A stretch of DNA of 64,000 nt from Eledone cirrhosa (lineage: Eukaryota), in assembly GCA_964016885.1 (NCBI GenBank), contig OZ024763.1, forward strand, positions 21,390,001-21,454,000, in the 5' to 3' direction. The notes under the pieces were generated by a model. The model was not told the DNA's origin. It was given only the letters and a program-made list of their open reading frames with translations, and made no database searches. Both the position numbers and the translations under genes were made by a program. Below are positions 49,591 to 64,000 of the stretch, in pieces. The stretch's first letter is position 1. Every line of letters begins with the position of its first letter.

Positions 49591-51129
49591 ATGCTTTCTT
49601 TATTAACCACCAGGGTTTACACAAAGTAGACATTAAGGACAGTACAGGACAATACAATAATAATAGTAATAATAATTAGTCTTATCTCGTTATCGTTATT
49701 GTTATTGTAAGAACAAGACTAGGAAAGTAGCGGAGTTACATCTAAATAAATTTACACGTGTGATAAATGATCGGAGATATTTAAATCAACAGCAGCAGCA
49801 GCAACAGTAGCAGCTGCAATAGCAACAACAAAAACAGCAGCAACAACACTAACAAAAACAACAGCAGCAACAACAGCAACAACATTAACAGCGTCAGCAG
49901 TAGCAACAATAACAACAGCAACAACAGTAACAATAATAACAACAGCAACAACAACAACAACAGCAACAGCAACAATAACAGCAACAATAGCAGCAGTAAT
50001 AACAACACCAGCAACGGTAACAATAATAACAACAGCAGCAGCAACATCAGCAACAGCAACAATAATAATAACAACAACAACAGCAACAACATCAGTTACA
50101 ATATCAACAACAACAACTCATACATAATCAAAACAAGAGTGTTTTGAGGGGAGTTTTGTTGTGTGTTTTTTTTTATGGTGTTGTGTTGTGTGTCTTTTTC
50201 TTTTCCCTGCTGCTGCTCCTGCTGCTGCTGCTAAAAGTGTGCAACAAACAAGCATTAGCAGTCATTGTGCAAAACAGCAACAAATGTGAAATACAGCGAG
50301 TAAATATGGGAGAGAGAGACACAGCCATAGAGAGGCGCAGTGAGAGAAAGACACAGTGAGAGAGAGAGAGATTAACTTGGACTGCTGAAAGGAACCAATA
50401 CATACATATATAAATACAGTCATATATATACAAGCAAGTTTGTATATACATATATATATATATATATATATTCGTACATATATATATATTTATTTATTCG
50501 TATATATATATACACTCATATATATATTTCGTTTTTGGATTTGTTTTGCGAGATCTTTTTACGTGAAAACGCGTGTTGAAACAGATATTGTTATATGCAT
50601 ACACACATATATATACATATATACGTTCATATATATATGTGTATATAAACACACACAAATATATATACATATACAAACACATTAACTCATACAAACATAC
50701 ATATATATATATACATATATACAAACACATCCACACATATATATATATATTTATACATATACAATCACACAAACTCATACACACATATACATCTATAGAA
50801 ACACACATACACACACACATATATATATATATATAATACAAACACACAAACTCATACACACACACTTATATATATATATATACATATAGTTACACACATA
50901 TTTATATATATACAAATACAAACACACCGACCCATACATATATATATATATATATATATTTCTCCATATACAAACACACAAACTCATACATATACACTTA
51001 CACAGATATACATATATACAAAATACACCCACACATATATATTTGTTACAAAACACACACGTTGGAAAGTCTGTTATACTTTTACAAGTAAAGTGCAGCA
51101 TGCAGTAAGCGGTGTGCATACATATATTT

Positions 51130-51179
<50 letters not shown>

Positions 51180-51403
51180 TATATATCTGCATCAATTCGG
51201 AAAAATTATTGAAAATACAAGAAACTTTTATTGCCAATTCTGAGGTAAGATCCTTTATTTTTTTGGGGGAATTTTCAAGGTTTCCTAGGGATTTCTACTC
51301 TTGCTTTTTCTACCATTTAGGGGTCTGTTTTATTATTGTTTGTGTTTATAAAGCTACGGTTGGATATTCTTAACCCGTATATGGATAGATACCCCCATAC
51401 ACA

Positions 51404-51501
<98 letters not shown>

Positions 51502-51649
51502 TGTACAGAAACTGTGTATGTATGAATGTATTTGAGAATGTGAGAGTGTATGTGAGTGGTTATGTATATATATATATGTATATGTATATATGTGTGTTTA
51601 CGTATTTACAAGTATATATGTATGCATATGTATTATATATATATTTATA

Positions 51650-51730
<81 letters not shown>

Positions 51731-52414
51731 TTATATCATTCCTGATGATTTCATACGAATGAAACGGTTCTAGTCCTGTAGAAATCATTTCTATATTAAA
51801 TAATGATGCTTACACTCTGCTAATGCATATGTACATATATATATATTTATATATATACACACATACATACACACACACACATATATATATATATATATTT
51901 ATATATATACATATACATTTATATATATACACATATATATATTTATATATACACACATACATATACATTTATATATATACACATATATATATTTATATAT
52001 ACACACAGACATATACATTTATATATATACACATATATATATTTATATATACACACATACATATACATTTATATATATACACACATATATATACACACAT
52101 ATATATATACACATATATATATGCACTTGCATACACACTCACATATATGTATATGAGCATTTATTGAGCTTACACATCAACACATGCTATGACAATCGCA
52201 CATATTCCAACACTTACACACAGACACAGGCACACAGCCACATACAGACAGCCACATACAGCCATACGCAGCGGCACACAGCCACACACACACAGCCACA
52301 TACAGCCATACGGAGCCACACACACAACTACACACATACAGCCACACACATATTAATATATATGTAGCCAAACGTATTTCTGCTTAATATGTTCAATATA
52401 TTCCATGTAAGAAG

Positions 52415-53345
52415 TGTATGATATGTGTGTATGATATGTGTGTATGATATATGTGTTTGATATATATGTATGATATGTGTGTATGATATGTGTATCATAT
52501 ATGTGTATGATATGTGTATGATATATGTGTATGATATATGTGTATGATATATGTGTTTGATATATATGTATGATATGTGTGTATGATATGTATATCATAT
52601 ATGTGTATATGTGTAAGATATATATGTATGATATATATGTATGATGTATTTGTATGATATGTGTATGATATATATGTATGATGTATTTGTATGATATGTG
52701 TATGATATATGTGTATGATGTATTTGTATGATATATGTATGATATATGTGCATGATATATATGTATGATATATATGTATGATATATATGTATGATGTATT
52801 TGTATGATGTGTGTATGATATATGTGTATGATATATATGTATGATATTGTATAATATATATGTATGATGTATTTGTATGATATATGTATGATATATGTGC
52901 ATGATATATATGTATGATATATGTGTGTGATATATGTGTGTGATATGTGTGTATGATATATGTGTTTGATATATATGTATGATATATTTGTATGATATAT
53001 ATGTATGATATATATGTATGATATATGTGTATGATATATGTGTATGATATATATGTATGATATGTGTGTATGATATATGTGTATAATATATATGTATGAT
53101 ATGTGTGTATGATATATGTGTATGATATATATGTATGATATATGTGTATGATATATGTGTATGATACATATGTGTGATATGTGTGTATGATATATGTGTA
53201 TGATATATATGTATGATATATGTGTATGATATATGTGTATGATATATATGTATGATATGTGTGTATGATGTATGTGTATGATATATGTGTATGATATATT
53301 TATATGACATATTTGTATGACATATTTGTATAATATATGTATGAT
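52415..53345. repeat. Degenerate ~13-bp AT-rich minisatellite (tatgatatatgtg)
   Basis: Directly visible. Confidence 0.85.
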
Positions 53346-53934
53346 TGTCTCTGGTTTCCATGTCTTTTATATATATATCTGTATGATTCATGTTTGTTAT
53401 ATATATTTGGTACTTAATAATATATTATATACAATGACAAATATGTTTATGTATTTGTTGTTCTACATCTCTTTCTTTCTTTCTATCTTTCTTTTATGTC
53501 TTTCAATGAAATATCATTTCAAAAGTATATTTGACAATATATATATATATATATCATCATCATCATCATCATCATATATATATATGTATATGTATATATA
53601 TAGGACACACAAAAGAACATACAAAAGTTTTAAATTACAGGGGATTAACAAGAGTATTTTAATTCCATTTTATATATATATGTTAGCCTTAGAAAACCCG
53701 CCAGACAGTCCTATACGAGCAAGACAACCAATCTTGCCTCACGTGGGACAATTTCCCTCTAAACCCATGCTAGAGTGGAAGATAGACGTTAAACGATGAT
53801 GATGATGTATAACACACACACATACATACATACACACACATACATACACACCCACACACATATATGTATTAAGTGTTTCCGTAGGAAAGGTAAAGGAAAG
53901 GAGAGTGTTCTATGTAGGATACAGAGCTATTTAG

Positions 53935-54069
53935 TTATGTAATAAACAACATAAGACAATTATTCCGTTTACCAAAGGTTTCACGAAAACAGATGAGCTC
54001 ACCACAGACGTCTGACTTCGTGAAACCTTTGGTAAATGGTATAATTGTCTTATGTTGTTTATTACATAA
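53935..54069. mobile_element. Foldback palindrome centred on a hammerhead-like stem II
   Basis: Arms 53935-53987 / 54017-54069; centre acgaa..cagatg..cgtctg..ttcgt then GAAA cct TT ggt. Confidence 0.6.
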
Positions 54070-54240
54070 TTATATATATATATGTATATATATTAATATG
54101 ATTGACAAGATCCCAGACCTCATTCGCTTGCCGAGTGGGGTGGACCTTGTCAAATCGGACCAAGGAAACAATGTTTCCATTGGTCTTTCCATTGCTGATA
54201 CTATCTACTGGTCGCGACTCCTGGCAGAAGGAGCAACCAC

Positions 54241-54870
54241 TTTCGTCTCCTCTCATCTTTCCTTTCTCCCTTTCTATCCCTTTTGTCTCCTCTCATCTTT
54301 CCTTTCTCCTTTATCCCTTTTGTCTCCTCTAATCTTTCCTTTCTCCTTTGCTATCCCTTTCGTCTCCTCTCATCTTTCTTTTCTCCCTTGCTATCCCTTT
54401 CGTCTCCTCTTATCTTTCTTTTCTCCCTTTCATCTCCTCTCATCTTTCCTTTCTCCCTTTCTATCCCTTTCGTCTCCTCTCATCTTTCCTTTCTCCCTTT
54501 CTATCCCTTTCGTCTCCTCTCATCTTTCCTTTCTCCCTTTCTATCTCTTTCCTCTCCTCTCACCTTTCCTTTCTCCCTTTCTATCCCTTTAATCTCCTCT
54601 CATCTTTCCTTTCTCCCTTTCTATCCCTTTAATCTCCTCTCATCTTTCCTTTCTCCCTTTCTATCCCTTTAATCTCCTCTCATCTTTCCTTTCTCCCTTT
54701 CTATCCCTTTCATCTCCTCTCATCTTTCCTTTCTCCCTTGCTATCCCTTTCATCTCCTCTTATCTTCCTTTTCTCCCTTTCGCCTCCTCTCATCTTTCCT
54801 TTCTCCCTTTCTATCCCTTTAATCTCCTCTCATCTTTCCTTTCTCCCTTTCTATCCCTTTCGTCTCCTCT
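54241..54870. repeat. 40-bp polypyrimidine minisatellite
   Basis: Unit cgtctcctctcatctttcctttctccctttctatcccttt. Confidence 0.9.
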
Positions 54871-55565
54871 ATTCTAATCTGTCTCTCACATCTTCAATTC
54901 CTCTCAAACCTCAATTCTAGTAGATATAAGTTGTCTTATCTAAATGAAATGTCTAACTCATCCTCCTCCTCCTCACTTGAACTGGAATAATTAGACATTC
55001 TTTCTGAACATAGTTTAGATATCGTAAGTGGCTTTGTATGGAATTGTTTAGAGATCTTTTTACATTTACTGATGCTTTGAACAATTATCATCAATATCAT
55101 TGTCATTGTCATCACTATCATCATCACCATCATCATCACCATCATCATCATCATCATCATCATCACCATCATCATCACCACCATCATCACCATCATCATC
55201 ATCACCATCATCATCATCACCATCATCATCACCATCATCATCACCATCATCATCACCATCACCATTACCATCACCATTATCATCACCATCATTATCACCA
55301 TTATCATCACCATCATTATTATCATCATCACCACTATCATCTCCATCACCATCATCATCATCACCATCATCACCATCATCATCATCACCATCATCATCAC
55401 CATCATCATCACCATCATCATCACCATCATTATCACCATCATTATCACCATCATCATCACCATCACCATCATCATCACCATCATTATTATCATCATCACC
55501 ATCATTATTATCATGGGGGATCAAGTTGGATCAGTTGGAGGCAGTTGTTTCTGACAGGAGACCCA

Positions 55566-55765
55566 NNNNNNNNNNNNNNNNNNNNNNNNNNNNNNNNNNN
55601 NNNNNNNNNNNNNNNNNNNNNNNNNNNNNNNNNNNNNNNNNNNNNNNNNNNNNNNNNNNNNNNNNNNNNNNNNNNNNNNNNNNNNNNNNNNNNNNNNNNN
55701 NNNNNNNNNNNNNNNNNNNNNNNNNNNNNNNNNNNNNNNNNNNNNNNNNNNNNNNNNNNNNNNNN
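55566..55765. other. Assembly gap (200 N)
   Basis: Run of n. Confidence 1.
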
Positions 55766-55774
55766 CCATACTGC

Positions 55775-55805
<31 letters not shown>

Positions 55806-55869
55806 ATACTGCCTCTCTCTCTCTCTCTCTCCCATACTGCCTCTCTCTCTCTCTCTCTCTCCATACTGC

Positions 55870-55918
<49 letters not shown>

Positions 55919-55995
55919 CCATACTGCCTCTCTCTCTCTCTCTTCCTCACTGCCTCTCTTTCTCTCTCTCTCTCTCTCTCTCCCTCCCATACTGC

Positions 55996-56030
<35 letters not shown>

Positions 56031-57065
56031 CCATACTGCCTCTCTCTCTCTCCCATACTGCCCTCTCGCTCACACACACTGCCACTCTCTTTCTCACACA
56101 CTGCCTTTCTCTCTCTCACAGCTTCTCTCACATACACTGCCTCTCTTTCTCTCTCTCTCTCTCATACACTGCCTCTCTTTCTCTCTCTCTCTCACACACA
56201 CAACCTCTCTCTCTCTCACACACACGACCTCTCTCTCTCACACACACAACCTCTCTCTCTCACACACACACACACACAGCATCTCTCTCTCACACCGCCT
56301 CACTCTCTACCCCTCTCTCCTCTCTCACACAGCCACACTATACCCCTCTCTCTAACACAGCCCCTCTCTCTGAAAGTAGCACCTGTTCTAAAATGTCTTC
56401 ATTCATACCAGTACACAGTGTTGTCTTCCTCCCTACCTTTCTCTCTCTCATTCCTATACAAAGTTATTAAATATTTAGATGTACTTAGGTAAGTACACAG
56501 GGCTAGGAGGGGATCATTTGTTTATTTTAATTTTTTATTATATTTTATTTTATTTTTATTTTTTTTTATATTTTTATTTCTATTTTACTTTCATTTTATT
56601 TTAAATTAATTTTTTTTAATTTTATTTTCTTAATATTTTCTTTCCGTTTTTATTTTATTAAAATATATCTTATTCTATATTGTTTTATTCATTCTCACCA
56701 CCCACTTCTTCCAGCAAATTCTCCAAAGGTGTGGGTGGAATGGGTGTGTGTGTGGTGGGGTTGGGTGCCATACCATGGTGGTGGTGGTGGTGTAAGGATG
56801 GCAGGGTAGGGTGTTCAGAAATGGTGGGTGTTGAATGACTGATAAGAATTCTGAAGGGAAAAATTCTAAGACTTATATTTAAGGCTTTTATAAGTTTTCC
56901 TGAAGACTATGGCTTATCTCTTTCTCTCCCTCTCTCTCCCTCTCCCTCTCTCTCTCACTCTCTCTCTCTCTACCCCCTCTCTCTATCTATGTCTCTCTCT
57001 CTATCTCTATTTAATTCTCTCTTCCCCCTCTCTCTATCACTCTCTCACTACTAATCTCTCTCTCG

Positions 57066-57099
<34 letters not shown>

Positions 57100-57121
57100 C
57101 TGTATCTCTCTCTATCCTCCC

Positions 57122-57164
<43 letters not shown>

Positions 57165-57359
57165 TATCTGTATCTCTCTCTATCTCTCACTCCCCCTCCT
57201 CCTCCCCTCTCTCCCCCTCTCTCTATCAGTGACATTCAATATTGTGCAACATATTCAGACAACCATGTAAAAAGTAAGCAAACTTTGTTGATAACAAGTA
57301 ACTCTACCATCATGTATCATCATTATCATTAATACAACTTTATTAATATTATTATTATC

Positions 57360-58155
57360 AGGGCGGTGGATTGGCAGTATCGGTAGAGAGTCGGATGCCA
57401 TGCTTTCCAGCATAGTTACGTCCCTTTACAGTCTGAGTTCAAATCCCGCCGAGGTTGACTTTGCCTTTCATCCATACGGGGTCGATAAAATAAAGTACCA
57501 GTAATGTACTGGATAATTGCTGGCCTTGTGCCAAAAGTAGAAACAATTATTATTATCATCATCATCAGTCATATTGTCTACTTTCATCATCATCATCATC
57601 ATCATCATCATGATTTGAAACTTCCTTTGAATTCTGCTTCTTTCTCAAATCATGTTTGACACCTGAGTATTATTATCTTGCCGAAGTTAACTTTGTCTTT
57701 CAACCTTACGGGGTCGATAAAATAAAGTACCAGTAATGTACTGGGGTAATTGCTGGCCTTGCGTCAAAAGTCAAAACAATTATTATTATCACGCCAAGGT
57801 TAACTTTGCCTTTCATCCTTACGGGGTCGATAAAATAAAGTACCAGTCACGCACTGGGGTCGATTTAATCGAGTTTCCCCTCCCCCAAAATTGCTGGCCT
57901 TGTGCCTATATAAGAAACCATTATTATCACCATTATTTTTAGTAATAGGGTGGTGAATTGGCGGAACAATAGAGCATCGGAGAACGTGGTTTGCAGCTTA
58001 TAGTTACAGCCCTTTACGTTCTGCGTTCAAATCCCGCCGAAGTTAGCTTTACCTTTCAACCATTGATAAAATAAAATACCTGTTACACACTGGGGTCGAT
58101 TTAATTGACTTTCCCTCCCACTAAATTGTTGGCCTTGTGCCTAAATCAGAAACCA
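57360..58155 (+). mobile_element. Cluster of SINE family A copies (57360-57545, 57678-57780, 57790-57920, 57947-58155)
   Basis: Repeated family consensus; two copies are 5'-truncated. Confidence 0.8.
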
Positions 58156-58528
58156 ATATTATTATTCATAGAAAAATGAGTTAACTCATTTCTAGAACAG
58201 CTGTTACAACAGCCAAATGCCGTCAAAGACAGCAATGAGGAAAAATACCTCAGAGGTCAAAGACCAGTGGCCAGTGGTCAACAGAGAGACAATCAACAAG
58301 GTGGGTGACAGGTAGATGAAATATAGAATAGACTGAGAGAGGAGGAAGACAAGGAGAAGTGTGTTGGTGCACAGAAGTGACTGGAAGAAGGAAATAAAGA
58401 AAGGTGATGTACAAGACAAATTCATCCACATATCTTCACCTTCATCAGCTCTCAAACCAACAAAATGGTTTTGCACGATTTAATCAAGAGATCTCTATAC
58501 ATAAGTGTGTGTCTGTGAAATATATACA

Positions 58529-59229
58529 TATACACCAGGTCCAAACACAAAGGAACCAAACTCCCACTGTCACTGCATCCATCTCTCCCACTCTCCCCAT
58601 CTCTCATATACACCAGGTCTGAACACAAAGGAACCAAACTCCCACTGTCACTCCCTCCATCTCTCCCACTCTCCCCATCTCTCATATACACCAGGTCCAA
58701 ACACAAAGGAACCAAACTCCCACTGTCACTGCCTCCATCTCTCCCACTCTCCCCATCTCTCATATACACCAGGTCCAAACACAAAGGAACCAAACTCCCA
58801 CTGTCACTGCATCCATCTCTCCCACTTTCCCCATCTCTCATATACACCAGGTCCAAACACAAAGGAACCAAACTCCCACTGTCACTGCCTCCATCTCTCC
58901 CACTCTCCCCATCTCTCATATACACCAGGTCCAAACACAAAGGAACCAAACTCCCACTGTCACTGCATCCATCTCTCCCACTTTCCCCATCTCTCATATA
59001 CACCAGGTCCAAACACAAAGGAACCAAACTCCCACTGTCACTGCATCCATCTCTCCCACTCTCCCCATCTCTCATATACACCAGGTCTGAACACAAAGGA
59101 ACCAAACTCCCACTGTCACTCCCTCCATCTTTCTCACTCTTCCCATCTCTCATATACACCAGGTCTGAACACAAAGGAACCAAACTCCCACTGTCACTCC
59201 CTCCATCTTTCTCACTCTTCCCATCTCTC
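58529..59229. repeat. 78-bp minisatellite (~9 copies)
   Basis: Unit atatacaccaggtccaaacacaaaggaaccaaactcccactgtcactgcatccatctctcccactctccccatctctc. Confidence 0.95.
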
Positions 59230-59714
59230 AATATTATGAGCAAATGGGTATCCATGAGCTGGCTGCCCCTTGGCCCCGGCAGACAGAATGAAGAAGGTGT
59301 TTCCCTGGAGGATGGTGAAGGAGACGTACTGGAAGAGCCATTCCAGCTCTTTAAAATGCTAGACCATGCAACAGAAAAATTATTATCATCATTATTATTA
59401 TCATTATTATTATTATTATTTCTTCATTTATCTTGCTTTATGTTCATACCAGTTATCACCAAGTCACAACCAGTGACCCCAACAGACACCAAGGTCTGCC
59501 ATCTTCAAGATAGAACACGCATGCACACACATATACGTATATCTTTAGGTATTTAGACTTGTGATGTACTTATATTGACAGAATCTTTCTAAGTATATGG
59601 GCAGTTCCCATTAGTGCTATCTTTTGTATTTCTTCTATATGCGGGTTTCCTGGGAAGTAATTATTATTATTATTATTATTTTCATTTTTATTTATATATA
59701 TATATATTTATATA

Positions 59715-59847
59715 TTTCGTTTCTGAATTTGTTTAGCAAGATTCTTTATCTGAAATCGTGTGTTGAAACCGATATTGTTATACTTTGGGAGGGTCATGGT
59801 GCGTGTGTTTCTTATTGGCAACATGACCCTCCCAAAGTATAACAATA
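59715..59847. mobile_element. Short palindromic relic of the 1310-1730 family
   Basis: Arms 59772-59798 / 59822-59847; matches the reverse complement of 1620-1730. Confidence 0.75.
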
Positions 59848-60197
59848 TATTTATATATATATATATTTATTTATATATATATATGCTGTGCGGGTGATAT
59901 GTTTAACCATCATCTCAGTGTGTTTGGCCCTTAACGTATGTTGTAGCTCTGATTCATATGATTCATCGAGCGCTTGCCACACATATCGGACGTTGATTTT
60001 TGTTAATTCCTGAGCTGAAAACGATTCTCGCTAATTTATATTTATATATATGTTTCTATATCTTTTTTTCTTTTCTTATATAAATAATAAAAATCTTTAC
60101 ACGCACAAAACCCACATCGTACCGTCCTGTGCCGTCTGTAATGTTTTTCTTGATGTCAGCCCTTGTGGCCAATAAAGAAATCATTATTATTATTATT

Positions 60198-60532
60198 CTT
60201 TGAGTCTCAGTCATTGATGTTATTTAACTGGAAAGTTTGTTGAAATGAATATCAAGCCACTACCTGCAGCCTCAGATATTCAGGACGTATCGGAGGGTTC
60301 TTGCTGTTCCCAGCAAGCATGCCTTTTGAAGTGTTCCAAAAAGCGGGGCTCGACTAATCTTCTTTAACCATCCTTGGAAACTGTTTGAGATAGTACCTAG
60401 TGTGCCTATGACAATCGAGACGACCTTGATTTCTTGGCAGTTCCAAATCTTTTTTAACTCCCACTTTAAGTCCTGGTATCAGTTAATTTTCTCCCTCTCC
60501 TTTTCTTGCACTCTCGTGTCAAATCGGCAGGC
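60198..60532 (-). mobile_element. R4/Dong-like 3' fragment in (TTA)n
   Basis: Reverse complement of ~44645-44980; (tta)n on both sides. Confidence 0.9.
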
Positions 60533-61272
60533 TATAATTATTATTGTTATCATTATTATTATTATTATTATTGTTATTATTGTTATCATTATTGTTATTA
60601 TTGTTATCATTATTATTGTTATTATTGTTATCATTATTATTTATTTATTTAGTTTATTTCAGTTTTCGATATTATTTAGTAAAACCTCTTCTAGTTCTCT
60701 ATTCCACTTGTACAACATCTATCTTCTTAATTAGTTAACTCTGAGAAAATGTTATCACTAATGTAAATAGTAACAACTTTACAGTGGTGTGTCTGTGTGT
60801 GTGTCTCTGTTTCTGTGTGTGTGTTTCTGTGTGTATGTGTTTCTGTGTGTATGTGTGTGTGTGTGCATGTTTCTCTCTCTGTGTGTGTATGTTTTTATTT
60901 CTTTATATGCTTATTTGTTTCTACCTCCATATGTATGTATGTATATTTATATGGATGTATGTGTGTTTCTGTGTGTGTGTGTATGTGTTTATCTCTTTAT
61001 ATGTTTATATGTTTCTACCTCCATATGTATGTATGTATATTTATATGGATGTATGTGTGTTTCTGTGTGTGTGTGTGTGTGTGTGTTTATCTCTTTATAT
61101 GTTTATATGTTTCTACCTCCATATGTATGTATATGTATTTGTATGGATGTATGTGTATTTATATAGATGTATGTGTATTTGTGTGATTACATGATTGTAT
61201 TTATTTCTATCTGTTGAGATGTGTGTATGTCTTTATATGTATGTATCTACATATGTGTTGTGTTTGTATGCA

Positions 61273-61343
<71 letters not shown>

Positions 61344-62141
61344 ATGTACAGTCGTAGAAGACTCACTAAACATGTAACACACACATGTATGTGTGTAGTT
61401 CCTATGTATGTTTATATGTGTGCAAATGTATGTGTGTATATGCACACACACAAACACTTGCTTCCACATACATGCACATTCACATATGCAATTGCATACA
61501 TGAAATGTACACAGTTATTTATATACTCATAAACATACATACACACACACACATACATACACATATACATATACACATACATACACACACACATACATAC
61601 ACATATACATATATACATACATACACACACAAACATGTACCCACACATACACACACATATATATGTATACACACACATACATAAACATATATACACTCAC
61701 GCACGCGTACATATACAAACACATATATGTTCACATACATATACACACATACACCCACACACACACATATCTAGAATTTGAAGAGATTTAGTAAAATATT
61801 ACGAAAGAAAATAAAGTTTTATTTACATAAATTATCGTAAGATTAACAATTTGCAGAGAGAATGTTATCAGAGAAAAGAAAATCAAACAAACAAACAGAA
61901 AGACAGGAGAAGACAACTCTGTCAATTACATGCCACAACAGGAGACGCTGGAGTTTCCCCTCTAATAATTTTTAGGCAAGCTAAGATATCGGAGGTTTTG
62001 CCACAGGCGATAGCAAGTCTATCTAGTGTTTGGAACATCACTCAATGAAGGTTCTTGCATAAAATTATGATGTAAGGTTTTTTAGATAAATGTAAACACT
62101 TTAAAAGTCTATCATAGCACCTGGAGTGTTTGGAACATGAG

Positions 62142-62365
62142 TTGGCCTTTTAGCATTTAAACCGGCTGTATCTGGCCAGAATTCTCTCACTTCTTTTTGT
62201 TCATACCAGCCATAACTAACCACTCATACTAATGTTAAGGTATTGTTCTCAAAATAAATGATATCAAAATCTCATAGATATTATGTGAGATATTTATGTG
62301 AGGTAAAGTCTTTAACATGAAAATATAATAGTAAATATAGAATAATGTAAATGCTAAAGGGTTAA
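62142..62365 (+). mobile_element. piggyBac-like MITE
   Basis: Termini ccttttagcatt...aatgctaaagggttaa (TTAA/CCC-type ends). Confidence 0.65.
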
Positions 62366-62954
62366 GAAAGATTCTTACATGAAATTATGATGGAAGGTTT
62401 TTAGATAAATGTAAACACTTTAAAATAAACAGTTTTGTTTCATAGAAACTGGAGTGTTTGGAACATACATTAAGAAAGTTTCTTACATAAAATTATGATG
62501 GAAGATTTTTAGATTAATTTAAACACTTTAAAACAAACAGTTTTGTATCACAGAACTTGGAGTCTTTCAGGCAGTTTTATTGCAAATGGTTTCAAAACAA
62601 ACAAATATGCCATAGCTATTTTAACCTTTATGAAGTGGAAGAAGTTTCTAGAGTGTTTATCAAGGGGATTTGATAATAAAATATTATTTTCAATAATGGT
62701 AAATTGAGATTTTCTGAAGATGGTTGTTATTTAAGTTTCTTCAAAGTTTATAATTATTATCAAAATATTATGCAAAGCGGAAAGTAATTATACACGCAGT
62801 AAAATAAAAATATTAACTATAACAGTTTAACTGTTAATATCGTTTCTGTTAAGTTTACTTGATATAATAATTACGCATGTGTGTGTATATATACATATAT
62901 GGGAAGGAAGGCACGTGGCTTTGTGGTTAGGGTGTTTAACTTATAATATAGTAC

Positions 62955-64000
62955 ATGTGTAAGGTATACACTATATATGTATGTGTGTAAGGTATACACT
63001 ATATATGTATGTGTGTAAGGTATACACTATATATGTATGTGTGTAAGGTATACACTATATATGTATGTGTGTAAGGTATACACTATATATGTATGTGTGT
63101 AAGGTATACATTATATGTATGTGTGTAAGGTATACACTATATATGTATGTGTGTAAGGTATACACTATATATGTATGTGTGTAAGGTATGCACTATATAT
63201 GTATATGTGTAAGGTATACACTATATATGTATGTGTGTAAGGTATATACTATATATGTGTGTATGTAAGGTATACACTATATATGTATGTATGTAAGGTA
63301 TACACTATATATGTATGTGTAAGGCATATACTATATATGTATGTGTGTAAGGTATATACTATATATGTATGTGTGTAAGGTATACACTATATATGTATGT
63401 GTGTAAGGTATACACTATATATGTATGTGTGTAAGGTATACACTATATATGTATGTGTGTAAGGTATACACTATATATGTATGTGTGTAAGGTATACACT
63501 ATATATGTATGTGTGTAAGGTATACACTATATATGTATGTGTGTAAGGTATACACTATATATGTATGTGTGTAAGGTATACACTATATATGTATGTGTGT
63601 AAGGTATGCACTATATATGTATGTGTAATGTATGCACTATATATGTATGTGTGTAAGGTATATACTATATATGTATGTATGTAAGGTATACACTATAAAT
63701 GTATGTGTGTAAGGTATACACTATATATATATATGTGTAAGGTATACACTATATATGTATGTGTAAGGTATACACTATATATGTATGTGTGTAAGGTATA
63801 TACTATATATGTGTGTGTGTAAGGTATATACTATATATGTATGTGTGTAAGGTATACACTATATATGTATGTATGTAAGGTATATACTATATATGTATGT
63901 GTGTAAGGTATACACTATATATGTATGTATGTAAGGTATACACTATATATGTGTGTGTGTAAGGTATACACTATATATGTATGTGTGTAAGGTATACACT
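62955..64000. repeat. 28-bp satellite running off the window end
   Basis: Unit aaggtatacactatatatgtatgtgtgt; period 28 (63017 to 63045). Confidence 0.95.

Noticed and set aside
51742-51790. CTGATGA..GAAA hammerhead-like motif
   Set aside because: Stem II is weak and there is no convincing stem I.
54936-55080. Possible terminal exon ..MSNYSSSSEEEEDELDISFR*
   Set aside because: No recognisable homology and no clear splice acceptor.
55038-56492. Long ORFs spanning the N gap
   Set aside because: Artefacts of the gap and flanking simple repeats.

Overview
Repeat-saturated, AT-rich animal genomic DNA. The SINE/LINE repertoire and extreme microsatellite load suggest a cephalopod, probably an octopus (inference). 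No host protein-coding gene can be called with confidence; nearly all listed ORFs are microsatellite artefacts. The real coding sequence is retrotransposon: (1) an apparently intact RTE-type LINE (APE endonuclease plus RT with a PHD-like Cys cluster inside the RT; 6479-9598, minus strand), its near-identical 5'-truncated inverted copy (22369-24907) and a diverged relative (31293-32673); (2) a decayed RTE with three C-terminal C2H2 fingers; (3) an R4/Dong-like RT-CCHC-RLE element inserted in (TAA)n; (4) Tx1/L1-like 3' fragments. Also present are about 15 tRNA-derived SINEs, piggyBac-like MITEs, and several minisatellites, some born inside transposons. Main hunt result: at least seven long foldback palindromes, mostly embedded in (TA)n tracts. 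Six of them contain a minimal Penelope-type hammerhead ribozyme or a putative 3' half of one. In five, the inversion junction falls either within about 2 nt of the predicted self-cleavage site or inside ribozyme stem II. Several solo hammerheads are also present. All motifs and coordinates were read by eye and need computational confirmation.
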